Source: Eledone cirrhosa
Lineage: Eukaryota
Direction of reading: 5' to 3'
Length of the DNA: 64,000 bases
NCBI GenBank assembly: GCA_964016885.1
Contig: OZ024740.1
Location: 359,352,001 to 359,416,000, forward strand
Under the pieces are notes generated by a model, which had not been told where the DNA came from, did no database searches, and worked only from the letters and a program-made list of their open reading frames with translations. Shown here piece by piece: positions 14,168-28,794 of this stretch; within the stretch, counting starts at the first letter, position 1, and every line of letters begins with the position of its first letter. The translations under genes were made by a program, and so were the position numbers.

Positions 14168-15301
14168 TATATATATTAATTTCAACAAAGTCATTATTCC
14201 GTGTGTCATAATTCTCGATTATCATTGGTTCAGAGGTTTCAAACGACTTCGCCCACCTCAACGACGCCAAACTTAAATTAATATGTATAATGCCAATGAG
14301 GGAGTGAGAGGGGAGAGTAAGAAACAGAGAGGCAAAATGAACGCTGTAGCTATTACCATGTGTGCGTGTGTATGTACGTGTGCGTATGTTTATGTGTGTG
14401 TGCGTGCGTGCAGCGTTCCACAGAAAGTAAAAACTATCAACATGTATGAGTGTGTGCGTGTGTGTAAGTGCACGGGTGCGTGTGTAAGTTTGCGTGCGTG
14501 TGCGCGTTTCCATGCGTGTATGTGTGTGTACGTGCGGCGTACCACAATCGCCACGCAGTTTATCTGTCTGTGTGCCTGCCTGTCAGTCTAACATACACAG
14601 AGTTGTGAAGGGAGTAAATAGAGACCTTTTTTTACATTGACGGACATCTTTTATATTTATTATTCTGTCATTTTTTGACAATTGCTCGAAATGAATACTG
14701 ATAATAAAAGCAATTCAACTTTATCAAACAGTGAACTACAGCGACGACGGCGTGCACCCAGGAATGAAGAAAAACGGGCCGAGCAGCGCCATCGGAACGC
14801 CGAACTTCAGAGGCGAAGACGTACCGCCATGAATAAAGAAGAGCTGGATGAACAACGCCAACGAAACACTGGAGCCAATCAGCGACGGCGTGCTGCGATG
14901 GTTGAAGACGAACTGGCTGAGCATCATCTTTTATATTAATTATCTATATCTATATCTACATATAATATAAAAAATTGGAACTTCCATCATCCTTTTGAGA
15001 AACGTGGAACAACCACGTCTATGCAATGATACACGTTTTACAGCCAGGCAGAAGATGAACCATCTCCTAGAGGTCACTATTCTAGGTGGGAGCACCTAAA
15101 ATTGTTCATATACTATGCACAAACGGTACAACGAAGAATCTGGTATATCTGGAAGATTTCTTTTACTGTTTTTGGTATCACAAAGACACCACGGTCTCGC
15201 CTCATACTGTAACCAGACAAACATCCAATACAGTCATTTTCTCTTTTACCTGTTTTCTCTTATCATTTGTTTACCCGGGCGAAGCTGGGTACGTCAGCTA
15301 G
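14168..15301 (+). mobile_element. Internally deleted Helitron copy (unit 2), head-to-tail with unit 1
   Basis: 14168-14928 matches 8218-8945. 14925-15301 matches 13791-14167 and ends acccgggcgaagctgggt...CTAG|t. Confidence 0.85.
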
Positions 15302-15703
15302 TTAATTCTATTTATGGAAAGTGGGAATAATACTGAAATAGAAGGCAAATGAAAAATACATAACCTGTGTGTGAGGCTGGGTGGGTGTATGAGGTTGGAA
15401 GCTCGGGGACGAAGGGAGCAATAATCCCCACATCGAATGAAGTAAACTGGATAGGGCACAGCCATGCTACCCCGAGGGCTGCTACTATCGGGTTTTCCTC
15501 TATAAGAGGTTGCACATATTGCAACAACCTCCGATAACAATCAATGGAAAAACTAACCTAATGGTCTTGTGTCACCGAAAACACACCTTGTTTGCCAACT
15601 TCAAGCCTTTGGACTTCGACATCCTGAAGAGCCACTTCAGCTTCACATAGTTATGTCGTGCATGTGCAGAACCTACAATATGGGTTGGTTGGTCTTATCT
15701 TTC

Positions 15704-15744
<41 letters not shown>

Positions 15745-17435
15745 AATATAAATATATATATGTGTATGTGCGCGCATTTGGTGATGAAAAGAACGCTGTC
15801 AAAAGAAATTAAACACTCCTTTGAGCTAAATTTGAAGACCGAGATGAATTCACAGAAGAGACAAAGAAATCGACTCGAGATGAGGAAATGCTATTTACAG
15901 ACCAACCAATATTGAAAGAGAAACTTAATTCACCCTAAGGATATCCTAAGAGAGGTTCTACGTCTATCAAAATCGGAGAACGCTCGTAGGAAAAGAACAA
16001 GCAAAAATTTCAGGAATACTTTACTTTAACCATTTCCTGTTTGCGAAAAGCTTGCGTCTTAAAAAATGTCAGCCACTTTAAACATATCATAAGAAAAACT
16101 TTGTACACTGTCTACTTGCTCAATGAAAAATCATTGATGAGCTGTTTCCACTTGATCATAAAGTCCAGTTCAATATTTCAGATCTTGCAGTCAAAGACGT
16201 CGAGATGATTTTGATGAATGCGTGTTTCATTAGTACACCAGACATTAATAGCATCTCGTACAAAATCTTACAAATATATTATTGTGAATGTAGAAAGGAG
16301 GAACCGTAATATAGGGCTAGTCTTTGGTAGAGGGTCTGTAGGTGTTTAAGAAGGAAAGGACATCTTCGCTTAACCAGTGCCGTCCTATATTCCTTCTCAA
16401 CATAGAGAGTTAGATGTTACGAAATGCTGAAATGATGGATGTCAATGTTTCTGGTATTGAATTGGTTTCTAGAAACAGCAGTTCATAAAGTGTATGTCCC
16501 TTGAGAAGGGTAAGAAGGAAGAAAATAATTTTAGGTTGTGTAGATTAAGAAGCCACTTAAAATGGATAAATATCGGAAAACAGTTCGTGCGTCTACCGCA
16601 GCATGCTTTTATGGGCGACATAAGTACCTTAGTAGAAAAAAACATGGAAGTAAAATTCACCTACCGCTGTTTTCTGAGTTATTCCAGAGATGTCGACTTC
16701 ATACTATAGTCAAACAAAGTCAAATATTGTCCATAATTAGAAGGGAGCAAGCAATTAAAAGTCTTGGCCGCATCTACGTAGAAACTTTTCTGTTAAGGAA
16801 ACAACGGCAATCTTAAAATAAAAGAAACACGGGCTGCAAAAGGACTAGTGCGAAACAAATGGGTATTCAACCAGAATAACATGGACACGTGAGAGAATAT
16901 TGTTACGAAGTAGATTCTCTATATTTATGAGGAGGAACGTGTGGTTAAAGCAATAGGGCTGGAAAGCCCATGTGCATAGCAGGATGGGATACAACTAAAC
17001 AAAGAAAGCTAAGAAAGTGGAGGAAACTACATTGGGAATTTGCGGCCAATATTCGATAGTGAGGCTCTTCTATTTGTCATCAGTGTAGAGGCTATAAATG
17101 GTCGGATCATATTCTTTCAGGTTGCAAGTTGAACATTGCAGAGTATGACTGGTGGCATACGTCATCCACATGTCATCAAAATTAGTGTAATGAATAAGCG
17201 TCAGGTTTCACCTTTTGCTTTCCACGGTGTGACTGAAAGGACAAATTAGCAGCGTAAACTAAAGAAATCCACGAACCAGGCTTTTGAGAGATACTAACGA
17301 CTTATATATATAGATAATTACTTTTAAAACAAACATCTTTCTTTGTTTGAAAGCATTGTTCGTTTTAACATATATATATATATGTGTGTGTTTGTGTGTG
17401 TAGGTGTGTGTTTGATTTTAACTATATATATAAGC

Positions 17436-17522
<87 letters not shown>

Positions 17523-18474
17523 AAGAATAACACATGGTCGACTGTACAAAAAGGTTTTTATTTACAGTATTAACAATTGTTTCATTGATCAGGTGAGTCT
17601 AAAGGCCACTATTACCTAAAACGATAACTTGCTATCCCATATATATATATATATATATAAGTATGAAATATATATATATATATATAAGTATGAGAAATGA
17701 AATTTTGTTTCATTTTTTTCGTTTATATATATATATATATATGGGATAGCAAGTTATCGTTTTAGGTAATATATATGACCCTGGAGTTCCGTGTCTTTCA
17801 TTTGTATTTTTTTTTTTTTTAAACAATTTTTTAAGGTTTCCCTTAAAAAATTGTTTTTCGGTTTGCATTGTTGTCGTTCGTGGTCTTGTTCTCTCTGGTG
17901 TGTGTGTGTCATTTGTTATAAGATATCCAATAGATCGGAGGGTCATGCAGGGCCTCTCTCGTATGCTGGACAAGCACGTTTAACCCTTCGTCAGAGTGCT
18001 CTTGGCCACTAATTACCCTCTCTTTATAAGATTTAAGCGAGAAGCCAGAAATGCCACCAACATTTCGTTAACACCCGAAACAGTAGTGAATTTGTCATTT
18101 GAAAATATAGTCTCCAAATGCTGTTTACACTTCTAGATGTCCACTTATATTGTCTACAAAAATCGGTATGTAGCGGGTAGGCAAAATGGTTAAATGTGCT
18201 CTTCCGGCAAACGGAGAAAGCATGATTCTCTGCAAACATTTTTGTCCATTCATTTGCGTCTCCCTAAATACCTTACCCGATTTAGTCAACTATCATTATA
18301 GGTATCTGCATTGTGGCGATTATAATTCAATATGTATATATATATTTTGAAATATAATCGCCACAATACCTATGATAATAGTTGACAAATATATTGAGAG
18401 ACAGGCAGAAACACATATTGTGCTTTACATATATATAGATAATCTTGGAAAGCCATTCAAATTATGCGTGTGTG

Positions 18475-18513
<39 letters not shown>

Positions 18514-18517
18514 AAAT

Positions 18518-18552
<35 letters not shown>

Positions 18553-20096
18553 GATAAAAAAAGAAAGAATGAATGAATGAATGAGAGGAGCTAAGTTAGA
18601 CAAACAATAAGGATGATAAATGCACATGAGTTGAACTAAATAGCAAATTTAAAGATAGATATTTTGCGTTACAAACTTTAATTATCAATTTTCTTGTCGC
18701 TAATGCCAACGTCCTCTGATCAAAAAATATGTTTTGGGTTTTTCAATAATATTTTACGTATGCTTTGTTTATTGCAAATGAAGCATTATTTCTGTTTTCG
18801 TTGTGCATGTAAGAAATTTAACTATTTTCTAATACAAGCAATATACAATTTGTGCATTTCTTCCTTGTGTCTTTTGTTATTTATATAGCGGCAAAAGAAT
18901 GTTCAATATAATCATTCTGGACCAAAAGAAATGAAGCGTAATATATTATTTTGAAACTTATAAATTAGCTAAACAATAATAAACGAAGAAGCTCAATCAA
19001 TTGTTTTCTGATCATTCTGTTTAAAATAAACAAGTGTACCTGTTTTGCAGCATGGCCGAATGGTTACGAAGTTCGCTTCGCAATCATTAGATCTCGGATT
19101 CGATTCCACTGCGTGATATCTTGAGCAAGTTTCATTTACCTTAGCCTTAGGTTGACTCATCTCTTGTGAGTGAAACTGAATAGATGAAATTTGTTTGGAA
19201 GTCCGTCAGATGGACTGTGCCTGTAATTCAAAGGGCCAACATTGTTACACACTGTCACGCTGAATCTCACTGACAATTACGTTATGATTGTATGTGTCTG
19301 TAGAATGCTCAGCCACTTATACGCTGATTTCATGGACGGGCTGTTCTGATGATCGATCAACAGAGACATTGATCGTGAAACTGACGTACCGGGGTAGTAA
19401 AACATACTTTTATCAGCTTAAATCATCTTTGTTTATCTTACTAATAATTTTGATTTTGTGTCCGTACGTCAGTCCATTTCCGAGTAGTTAGCGCAGAGGC
19501 ATTGAATTCGTGTTCGAAAAGTGCAATCTAAAAATGTTTCCAGTGTAAATAATATATATAACAACGATATTAAATCAATTGTAAATAAAGGTGTATAAAA
19601 CGATTCGAATGTAAATAATATATTCAATATGTTCGTGTATACATATATATATATATATGGTGGCTGTCAACTCGTTTTCGAGTACGGCCACTACTTTATA
19701 TCCATGTAGGAGAACCCCTACCGATGCGCTGAACGAGTGTGACTTTTTAGTCCAGCCAGCGACTTGAAAACTCTGGTATATACACTACATTTGTGACAAT
19801 TATTGACACATAGTGCTGGGCCCATGGTACCATGTGATGACAAGTGCAGAGAGATCTCCAGATATAAAGCAATGCCTATGCTGTGAAGCTTTTATAGTGA
19901 GCAAAGGCACTGCACAAAGCCAGACCCACTCTCTTAACCAAGATGATATTTACCAAAAAGAAGAACAAGTCAACATCATTGGATACCATCAGGGTTGCAG
20001 GTGTTTTATCAGAGTTTTCCTTCTCCTAGAATTCTGCCTTGACAAAGGCTAAGGGGTCATCTCTCCCGGTGATTTTGGATGGCCATTGACTCTTAA

Positions 20097-20186
<90 letters not shown>

Positions 20187-20524
20187 TCAGTCTCCCAGCT
20201 AAGACTATGGAGTTTGTTTATATACGTAGACAAACATGTACAGGCACACTCACACACACATTTTATGTGTGTAGAGATTGTCTCCGCAGTTTTTAAACAA
20301 TTTCTGTTAATTTTTGACGGCCCTTTTATGAATTTTATTTTTATTTTAACTGTTGTTTTTTATCACACGCTACAACAGATGATGTCTATCCCTACTTTCC
20401 TCTTCTTACAAGAACTTTTAAAGCCCATATCAATGTTGAATTCTGCAACTCTGTTAAGTATATTAAGTATGTGTACAAATATATAAACAAAGATTTATAT
20501 GTTGCAACATACACTCTTTTGCAG

Positions 20525-21376
20525 TCAACCGATGACCAAAATTGACGAAGTTGCACAGTATGAGAGAGAAAGATACTTTAGTAGCAATGAGACCTTTTGG
20601 CGATATCTTCAATTTTCCTATTCATTAGAGCCATCCAGCCATCATTCAACTGATCCTTTTACATGAAGTACTAGGTCCCTAATCATTCCAAGATTTGGGA
20701 GAGTAAATGGTTATAGGGAAGTATGCTATCAGAAAGGTTTGTTAGAAAATGATGATCATTGGGACCTTGTATTGACTGAAGCATCAGTGTCAGATTCTCC
20801 AAAGAAACTCTGTAAATATTTTGCCATTATGCTTAAAATGTGCCAAATTGGAAGTCCCCTACAGCTTTGGATGAAACTTCGAGAGGTCATGGCTGCGGAC
20901 TTAAAGTATGCAGTTCAACAGGTAAACCCAGGCATCAATATTCAGTTTTGTGAAGAAATTTTCCATCAAGCACTGATTGAATTTGAGGATCAATTTTGGC
21001 TATGGGAGGCAGGAATTTGAAAAAGTCTGGTTCCGAACTGCCAAAGATAGTTTGCAAGAGAGACAAATTATGACATCTCAAAGCTGGTTTCATTTGTTAA
21101 CGAACATAAGCCTAAACTTCTTCAAGAACAACACTGTGTCTATTATAAAACCATTTCGTCAGTCAGGTGAATTTTCTTTCTTGATGCTCCTGGTGGCACG
21201 GGTAAAGTATTTGTAACAACATTGCTTCCCACCAGGGTAAGGCAACAAAAAGGAATTGCACTTGCTGCAGCATCGTCTGGCATTGGTGCCACCCTTCTCC
21301 CAGGAGAAGGAACAGCTCGTTCTGCTTTTAAATTACCGCTAAACCTGGTCACAAATGACAGTCCAATTTGTAACAT
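20525..21376 (+). pseudogene. Second, more decayed Helitron RepHel fragment (different family)
   Basis: Fragments DEVAQYERERYFSSNETFWR, LLENDDHWDLVLTEA, FLDAPGGTGK (Walker A), ASSGIGATLLPGEGTARSAFKLPLNL..SPICNI. Confidence 0.85.
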
Positions 21377-22205
21377 ACGCTCCTCCTTCTCCCCCTGTTG
21401 ACGTCAAGTCCCCCCAACGCACTTGGGATGCCATCCAGTGCAGCTTGGCCTCAGACAGACTCACGCGCCAGCTCGACCAGCACCGCCTTGCTTGTTTTCG
21501 TGCGGCCTCCAAACCCCACAGTGGTGCCTGGCTCCATGCTCTTCCCTCCTTCTCCACTGGCACGCAGCTAGACAACCATAGCCTGCGAATCGGCGTTTCC
21601 CTGAGGCTCGGCCTCCGGATCTGCCAGCCACACCAATGTCGCTGCGGTTTCACCGTGGTCTCTTTCGGCCTCCACTCGCTTTCCTGTCGCCACAGTGCCA
21701 GCTGCATTCCACGCCATACTGCCCTCAATGAGGTCATTAAGCATGGCTTGGACGCTGCAAGCTTCCCTTCCCAGCTCGAGCCGGTGGGGCTGGATCGAGG
21801 GGACGGCAAAAGGCCAGATGGCATGACCATCTTCCCGTTCCGCTGTGGCAAACCCCTCGTCTTGGATGCCACTTGCACCGACACTTTCTGCAGCCGCATC
21901 CTGGTGCAGTCTGCGACTGACCCAGGTTCTGCTGCACGTCGGGCTGAGGGGGCCAAACTCCTCAAATACCGTTCGCTCTCCGACAGGTTTGCGGTCGTTC
22001 CCCTGGCAGTGGAAACTTCTGGTGTCCTCGGCCCCAGGGCTACCTCCTTACTCACCACCATAGGCGCTGAGCTGGCTAGCCGTAGGTGTGAGCCCCGCGA
22101 GTTGGAGTGGCTTTTCCAGCGCGTCTCCCTTGCCGTCCTCCGGGGAAACGCCTTCTCCATTCTGTCCGCCGGGGCTGTGGGTGGGCCCCATCGCGTACCA
22201 TTACA
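21377..22205 (+). mobile_element. 5'-truncated CRE-clade non-LTR retrotransposon (restriction-like endonuclease C-terminus)
   Basis: GC-rich ORF with SGAWLHALP, LRLG, CxC..H..C knuckle, RH..LNEVI, EP.GL.RGDGKRPDG, DATCTDT, PLAVETSG, QRVSLAVLRGNA. Confidence 0.85.
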
Positions 22206-22989
22206 TTAGTTAAATACCATTCTTTCATCTCATACATATATATATAACATAAAAGGTTATGTGTGTTATTCATATATATATTAAAGCACATTAAAACTGT
22301 CAATTAGTTAAACCAAGAGTTTTCATGAAATAAAATTGCAGTGCTTGTTTAAAAAATAAATTTTTTTTTAATCTATTTATGTATTACTCTTCCTGTCTCT
22401 ATGTATTCCTATCTATCTATGAACGTTGTGGTAACTGGTTTTGTTAGAAATGACAGCGAAATAAAACACTAGCTTCTATAACACACACCCACACACACAC
22501 ATACATTGATTTGCACCTATCTATGTCTCTATATATTCTTATCTATCACCAAGTACAGAAAGCATTCTCCCAAGGAGAATCATTGATGGTTTCTATCTTG
22601 TCACTGTATCTTGCCAATGCGTTCTGTTTCCTACAATAATACTTAACTCATAGATAACAGTCTGTTTAAGGTAGCGTAAGGTGGGGAATATCTAGCTTCT
22701 TGCAAACAGATGTAGAACTTTGAAATTAATTAATCTTCTTAGCTAATAATCAGATCTCTCAGCTGAAGGAGATACCGTAGATATATTTCATAAGGGGATG
22801 CAGTATCCAATGTATAATTTGCACATAAGCTGCAGTTCCTGGGCCTTATAGCAGGTGCAACATAAACGACGTCTTTAGTTTACAATACCTTGGCATCCCT
22901 AAAATGTCATATTCGACATAAACATACAAACTCAATAAATAATATAATTTGTTGGATTCTCATACGTCGAAATCGACGGAAGAGTCCTT

Positions 22990-23080
<91 letters not shown>

Positions 23081-23111
23081 AGATCAAAAGATGGTTAAAG
23101 GAGTTCCATGT

Positions 23112-23180
23112 ATTTTATTATGCGCATTTCAAAAACAAACATCATCATGCAATAATATTTGTGTTTTCATCAGATACAAC
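23112..23180 (-). ncRNA. Type-I hammerhead ribozyme motif (left-arm copy)
   Basis: Minus strand: gttgtat CTGATGA [stem II] GAA ATGCGCAT A ataaaat. Confidence 0.6.
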
Positions 23181-23301
23181 AGGAGAACATGATATGAAGG
23201 CTAAAAAACACTTGTGGATAGTGCAGTTTTAAATCAACATATCAATCAATATCAACTGCACTATCCACAAGTGTTTTTTAGCCTTCATATCATGTTCTCC
23301 T

Positions 23302-23370
23302 GTTTTATCTGATGAAAACACAAATATTATTGCATGATGATGTTTGTTTTTGAAATGCGCATAATAAAAT
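23302..23370 (+). ncRNA. Type-I hammerhead ribozyme motif
   Basis: gttttat CTGATGA aaaca..aatattatt gc atgatgatgtt..tgttt GAA ATGCGCAT(palindromic stem III) A ataaaat. Cleavage triplet AUA. Confidence 0.7.
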
Positions 23371-23497
23371 ACATGGAACTCCTTTAACCATCTTTTGATC
23401 TTATATATTATGTATACTCCAGTCCTACAAACTGTAGAGTGCTTCTTATCCGATATCTGCATTGCTTTATTGTACTACAATAAAACTCACCTCCTAC

Positions 23498-23635
<138 letters not shown>

Positions 23636-24120
23636 TGAGATTCTACAGGACTAGAACTATTTCATTCTTTAGAAATCATCTGGAATCTGGCTTTCCAAAA
23701 ATAAATGCAGTAGTATTTATATCTTTTCAGGTGGTAGGAGAGGGTGGGGAGTGGGATGGGTGGAGGTCATTGGTTGAAAGAAAAGGGGATTCATTAAAAG
23801 CTAATTCTTTAAGTCTATAGTTTATATTTAGAGTGACAAAGGCAGAAAGGATTCTATAAACAGGTTTAGAATGGGGTACAACTCTCATTTTTAAGTTTCT
23901 CTTAAGCTAACAATGCCTATATTTCAGGTGTCTAAAAGGTGGTTGTGGGTCGGTCATGGTTGATGGATTTAACGAAAAGGGAAATTCTTTAAAAGCTAAT
24001 TATTTAAAGCTCTACTTAGAGTGACAAAGCCAAGAGAATTCTATAAACCAGTTCAAAATATTGGGTGCCTATCATTATTGTCATATTTCTCTTAAGCTAT
24101 ATACCAGGTGTCAACAGACA

Positions 24121-25012
<892 letters not shown>

Positions 25013-25086
25013 TAAAGAAAAAGAGATGAAATCGAAAATGCAACTGGAGTCTTATTTTTTTTTTAAATATATATATTTATTTGGTT

Positions 25087-25124
25087 CCTTTACCGGTTTC
25101 GCAGTTCTTCTGCTTTTCAAAAGG
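25087..25124 (-). ncRNA. Minimal type-I hammerhead, U3-A8 variant (inverted copy)
   Basis: Exact reverse complement of 25704-25741. Confidence 0.7.
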
Positions 25125-25703
25125 TGAGTTGAGATGGAGGGTCTGTGGTTTTTCTCACATCTGGTTGGTCTCTGAATGTTACTTGTTTTATATGGAAAAA
25201 GTGGCTCGAAATGCCAGATTTTTCGAGAAGTAATTTGATTGGTTTGTCAATAATTATAATAAATTTCGCGCCAGTTCGCGTTACAATAGTTCTTCAAATA
25301 AGAGAGGGGGAGTTGTCACAGGTTGGTTTTCATATATGAGTGTTTGAATTTCTTTTTACTTGAAAAAAGGAGGCTCACGAAGGCTTTTTTGGGTTGGTTC
25401 ACGTGACAGCCAAATTTCATTTATAACCAACCAAAAAAAGCCTTCGTGAGCCTCCTTTTTTCAAGTAGAAAAGAAATTCAAACACTCATATATGAAAAAA
25501 CAACCTGTGACAACCCCCCCCCTCTCTTATTTGAAGAACTATTGTAACGCAAACTGGCGCGAAATTTATTATAATTATTGACAAACCAATCAAATTACTT
25601 CTCGAAAAACCTGGCATTTCGAGCCACTTTTTCCATATAAAACAAGTAACATTCAGAGACCAACCAGATGTGAGAAAAACCACAGACCCTCCATCTCAAC
25701 TCA

Positions 25704-25741
25704 CCTTTTGAAAAGCAGAAGAACTGCGAAACCGGTAAAGG
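25704..25741 (+). ncRNA. Minimal type-I hammerhead, U3-A8 variant
   Basis: cctt TTGAAAA gcag aagaa ctgc GAA AC cg GT A aagg, with AATAAA just downstream. Confidence 0.72.
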
Positions 25742-25872
25742 AACCAAATAAATATATATATTTTTTAAAAAAATAAGACTCCAGTTGCATTTTCGATTTC
25801 ATCTCTTTTTCTTTATACTTTCACTCGTGTAGGACACCTCGGTTATTTTTCATTTTGTAAAAAAAACCTCAC

Positions 25873-25969
<97 letters not shown>

Positions 25970-25982
25970 TATATACATATAC

Positions 25983-26037
<55 letters not shown>

Positions 26038-26066
26038 CATATATATATATACAAATATATATATAT

Positions 26067-26141
<75 letters not shown>

Positions 26142-26343
26142 AACAAGTAGGACCCCGACGGCTGAGCTCAATCTGTTTCGACGGCTAATTCTGGACTAAA
26201 AATTTTTAGTCCAGAATTAGCGTCGAGACGGCTTGAGCTCAGCCGTCGGGGTCCTACTCGTTCCTATTACCCACTCTACTACCCTAAGTATTGAGTACTT
26301 TGGTGCGTTATGGTTCACCTGGTTCCTTACCACATTTCCTTCG

Positions 26344-26470
<127 letters not shown>

Positions 26471-26592
26471 TATATGTGTGTATATATACATTTATCTATA
26501 TATATATGTGTATATATGTGTATGTGTATATGTATATATGTATATATGTATATATGTATATATGTATATATGTATATATGTATATATGGTTG

Positions 26593-26647
<55 letters not shown>

Positions 26648-26722
26648 ATATATATATATGTGTGTGTGTATGTGTGTGTGTGTATGTATGTGTATGTATG
26701 CGTATATATATATATGTATATG

Positions 26723-26783
<61 letters not shown>

Positions 26784-26889
26784 GTGTGTGTGTGTATATA
26801 TAGTAATAATAATAAATTTGAAGACTAAAATCCAAAGAGGGCTCGATAAGGATAAATATATATCAAATATATAAGAACCGTAGAGCAAA

Positions 26890-26981
<92 letters not shown>

Positions 26982-27340
26982 CTCTACGGTTCTTATATAT
27001 TTGATATATATTTATCCTTATCGATACATATTTGTACACAAGTATTCCAATACGACAAGGCCTAATGGATTCCCCTTGCAGTACGTACAATCTGGACACT
27101 CACACACACCTTGGTATTATGCCAATACTATATATCATTTCACACCTTTTATTATTAAGGTTTTTGATGTTCTATTGAGAGAATTGTTTTTACTGAAAAT
27201 ATCGAATAATGTACACCATTTTTACCAGTATCACAAAAATACACACACACACATTCTCACACACACACACACATATATATACACATACACACACATATAT
27301 ACACACACACATACACACGCATACATTAACATACAAAGAG

Positions 27341-27427
<87 letters not shown>

Positions 27428-27430
<3 letters not shown>

Positions 27431-27537
27431 CTCCGTATAAGACAAGAGCTGAAAAATATCTTTTAACATGTTAAAATATCCCCCACACACGTACAGACAC
27501 ATTCCTACTGACCATCCCTCTACCACGAATTACTCTG

Positions 27538-27587
<50 letters not shown>

Positions 27588-27694
27588 CTCCGTATAAGAC
27601 AAGAGCTGAAAAATATCTTTTAACATGTTAAAATATCCCCCACACACGTACAGACATATTCCTACTGACCATCCCTCTACCACGAATTACTCTG

Positions 27695-27697
<3 letters not shown>
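27428..27697 (+). repeat. Tandem duplication of a ~113-bp unit separated by (CA)n
   Basis: ttctccgtataagacaagagctg...cacgaattactctgcta occurs twice. Confidence 0.9.
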
Positions 27698-27784
<87 letters not shown>

Positions 27785-28312
27785 ACACACACTTGTCTTA
27801 ATAGGCATTTGAACTGTCAACAGGCTGCGGTTCGCACACACATCCCTGCTGACCATTATCACAACAACGAACCTCTTTACTACTACTACACACACACCAT
27901 CACACACATATTTGTTTTGAAAGACTTATTTTTCAGTGACTTCTTAATCAGCCGAGACAAACCTACATTTGGCGCAAAATCAATTTTTAACATTCACATG
28001 ATCTCTACCGACCAATCAAAATTGTTTTGACCACAAGAATTTTTGCAACACGGATTGGCGCGAAACTTATTTTAATAAATCTGGAGCCACTTTTTTCACA
28101 TAAAACAGGTAGAATTTCCAAAACTAATCAGATTAGAGCAAACATCACGGACGCTCTATCTCAAAATTATTTTTGAAAAGCATTAGAAATGCGCAACCGG
28201 TAAACTTAAAACCAAAACTGAATACTAAACAATACTATTACTAATTTTTACTTATTCCTAATTAAACTATTTTTCACTGGGAACAATTTGTCAGCATTTT
28301 CTTTTCCGTTTA

Positions 28313-28425
<113 letters not shown>

Positions 28426-28491
28426 TCAGCCGTTAATATGCATAAGGAAAGTATATACTTTCGGACGTTCAACTATCTGGCAGGAAGGTAT

Positions 28492-28534
28492 ACGTTGCTG
28501 ACGATAGCTAACAAGCTTGAAACTAGTACAGCGT
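28492..28534 (+). ncRNA. Minimal type-I hammerhead
   Basis: acgttg CTGACGA t agct aaca agct t GAA AC ta GT A cagcgt. Confidence 0.78.
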
Positions 28535-28726
28535 TCCTTTGTTAGTGTTGAACAAACGAGCAGCGGTGGTTGCTAGACACCTCGGCTTAATACGGGATGT
28601 TTGTTTACAAACACACCGAGCATTATAATAAATGTTTGTTGAATCCATACGTACATATACATATATGTATGTATATATATATACATACTACTGTACGTCT
28701 GTATACATATATGTATGTACGTATAC

Positions 28727-28794
<68 letters not shown>

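Larger units (their letters stand above)
23071..23411. mobile_element. Palindromic Penelope-like pLTR-derived element (~158-bp arms, 25-bp spacer)
   Basis: 23071-23228 is the near-perfect reverse complement of 23254-23411. Each arm has a hammerhead motif. Left end abuts (TA)n. Confidence 0.8.
25013..25815. mobile_element. Palindromic Penelope-like pLTR pair (~385-bp arms, ~25-bp spacer)
   Basis: 25013-25399 is the reverse complement of 25425-25815 with a few mismatches. Hammerhead near each outer end. (TA)n flanks. Partial third copy at 36375-36520 and a diverged relative at ~27900-28230. Confidence 0.85.

Noticed and set aside
15800-17290. Complex non-repetitive stretch that may be an old transposon
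   Set aside because: I could not recognise any motif, TIR or consistent frame, so it is left unannotated.
21339-22160. 273-aa minus-strand ORF (and its counterpart 40821-41489 +)
   Set aside because: Antisense shadow of the GC-rich CRE endonuclease frame, with no recognisable motifs.
25013-25815. Palindromes as assembly or read fold-back artefacts
   Set aside because: Arms carry substitutions and indels, most have unique spacers, and the ribozyme orientation is consistent across families. Long-read confirmation is still advisable.
27428-27697. Repeat-spacer-repeat pattern resembling a CRISPR array
   Set aside because: Only two ~113-bp units separated by (CA)n, in a eukaryotic context with no cas genes.
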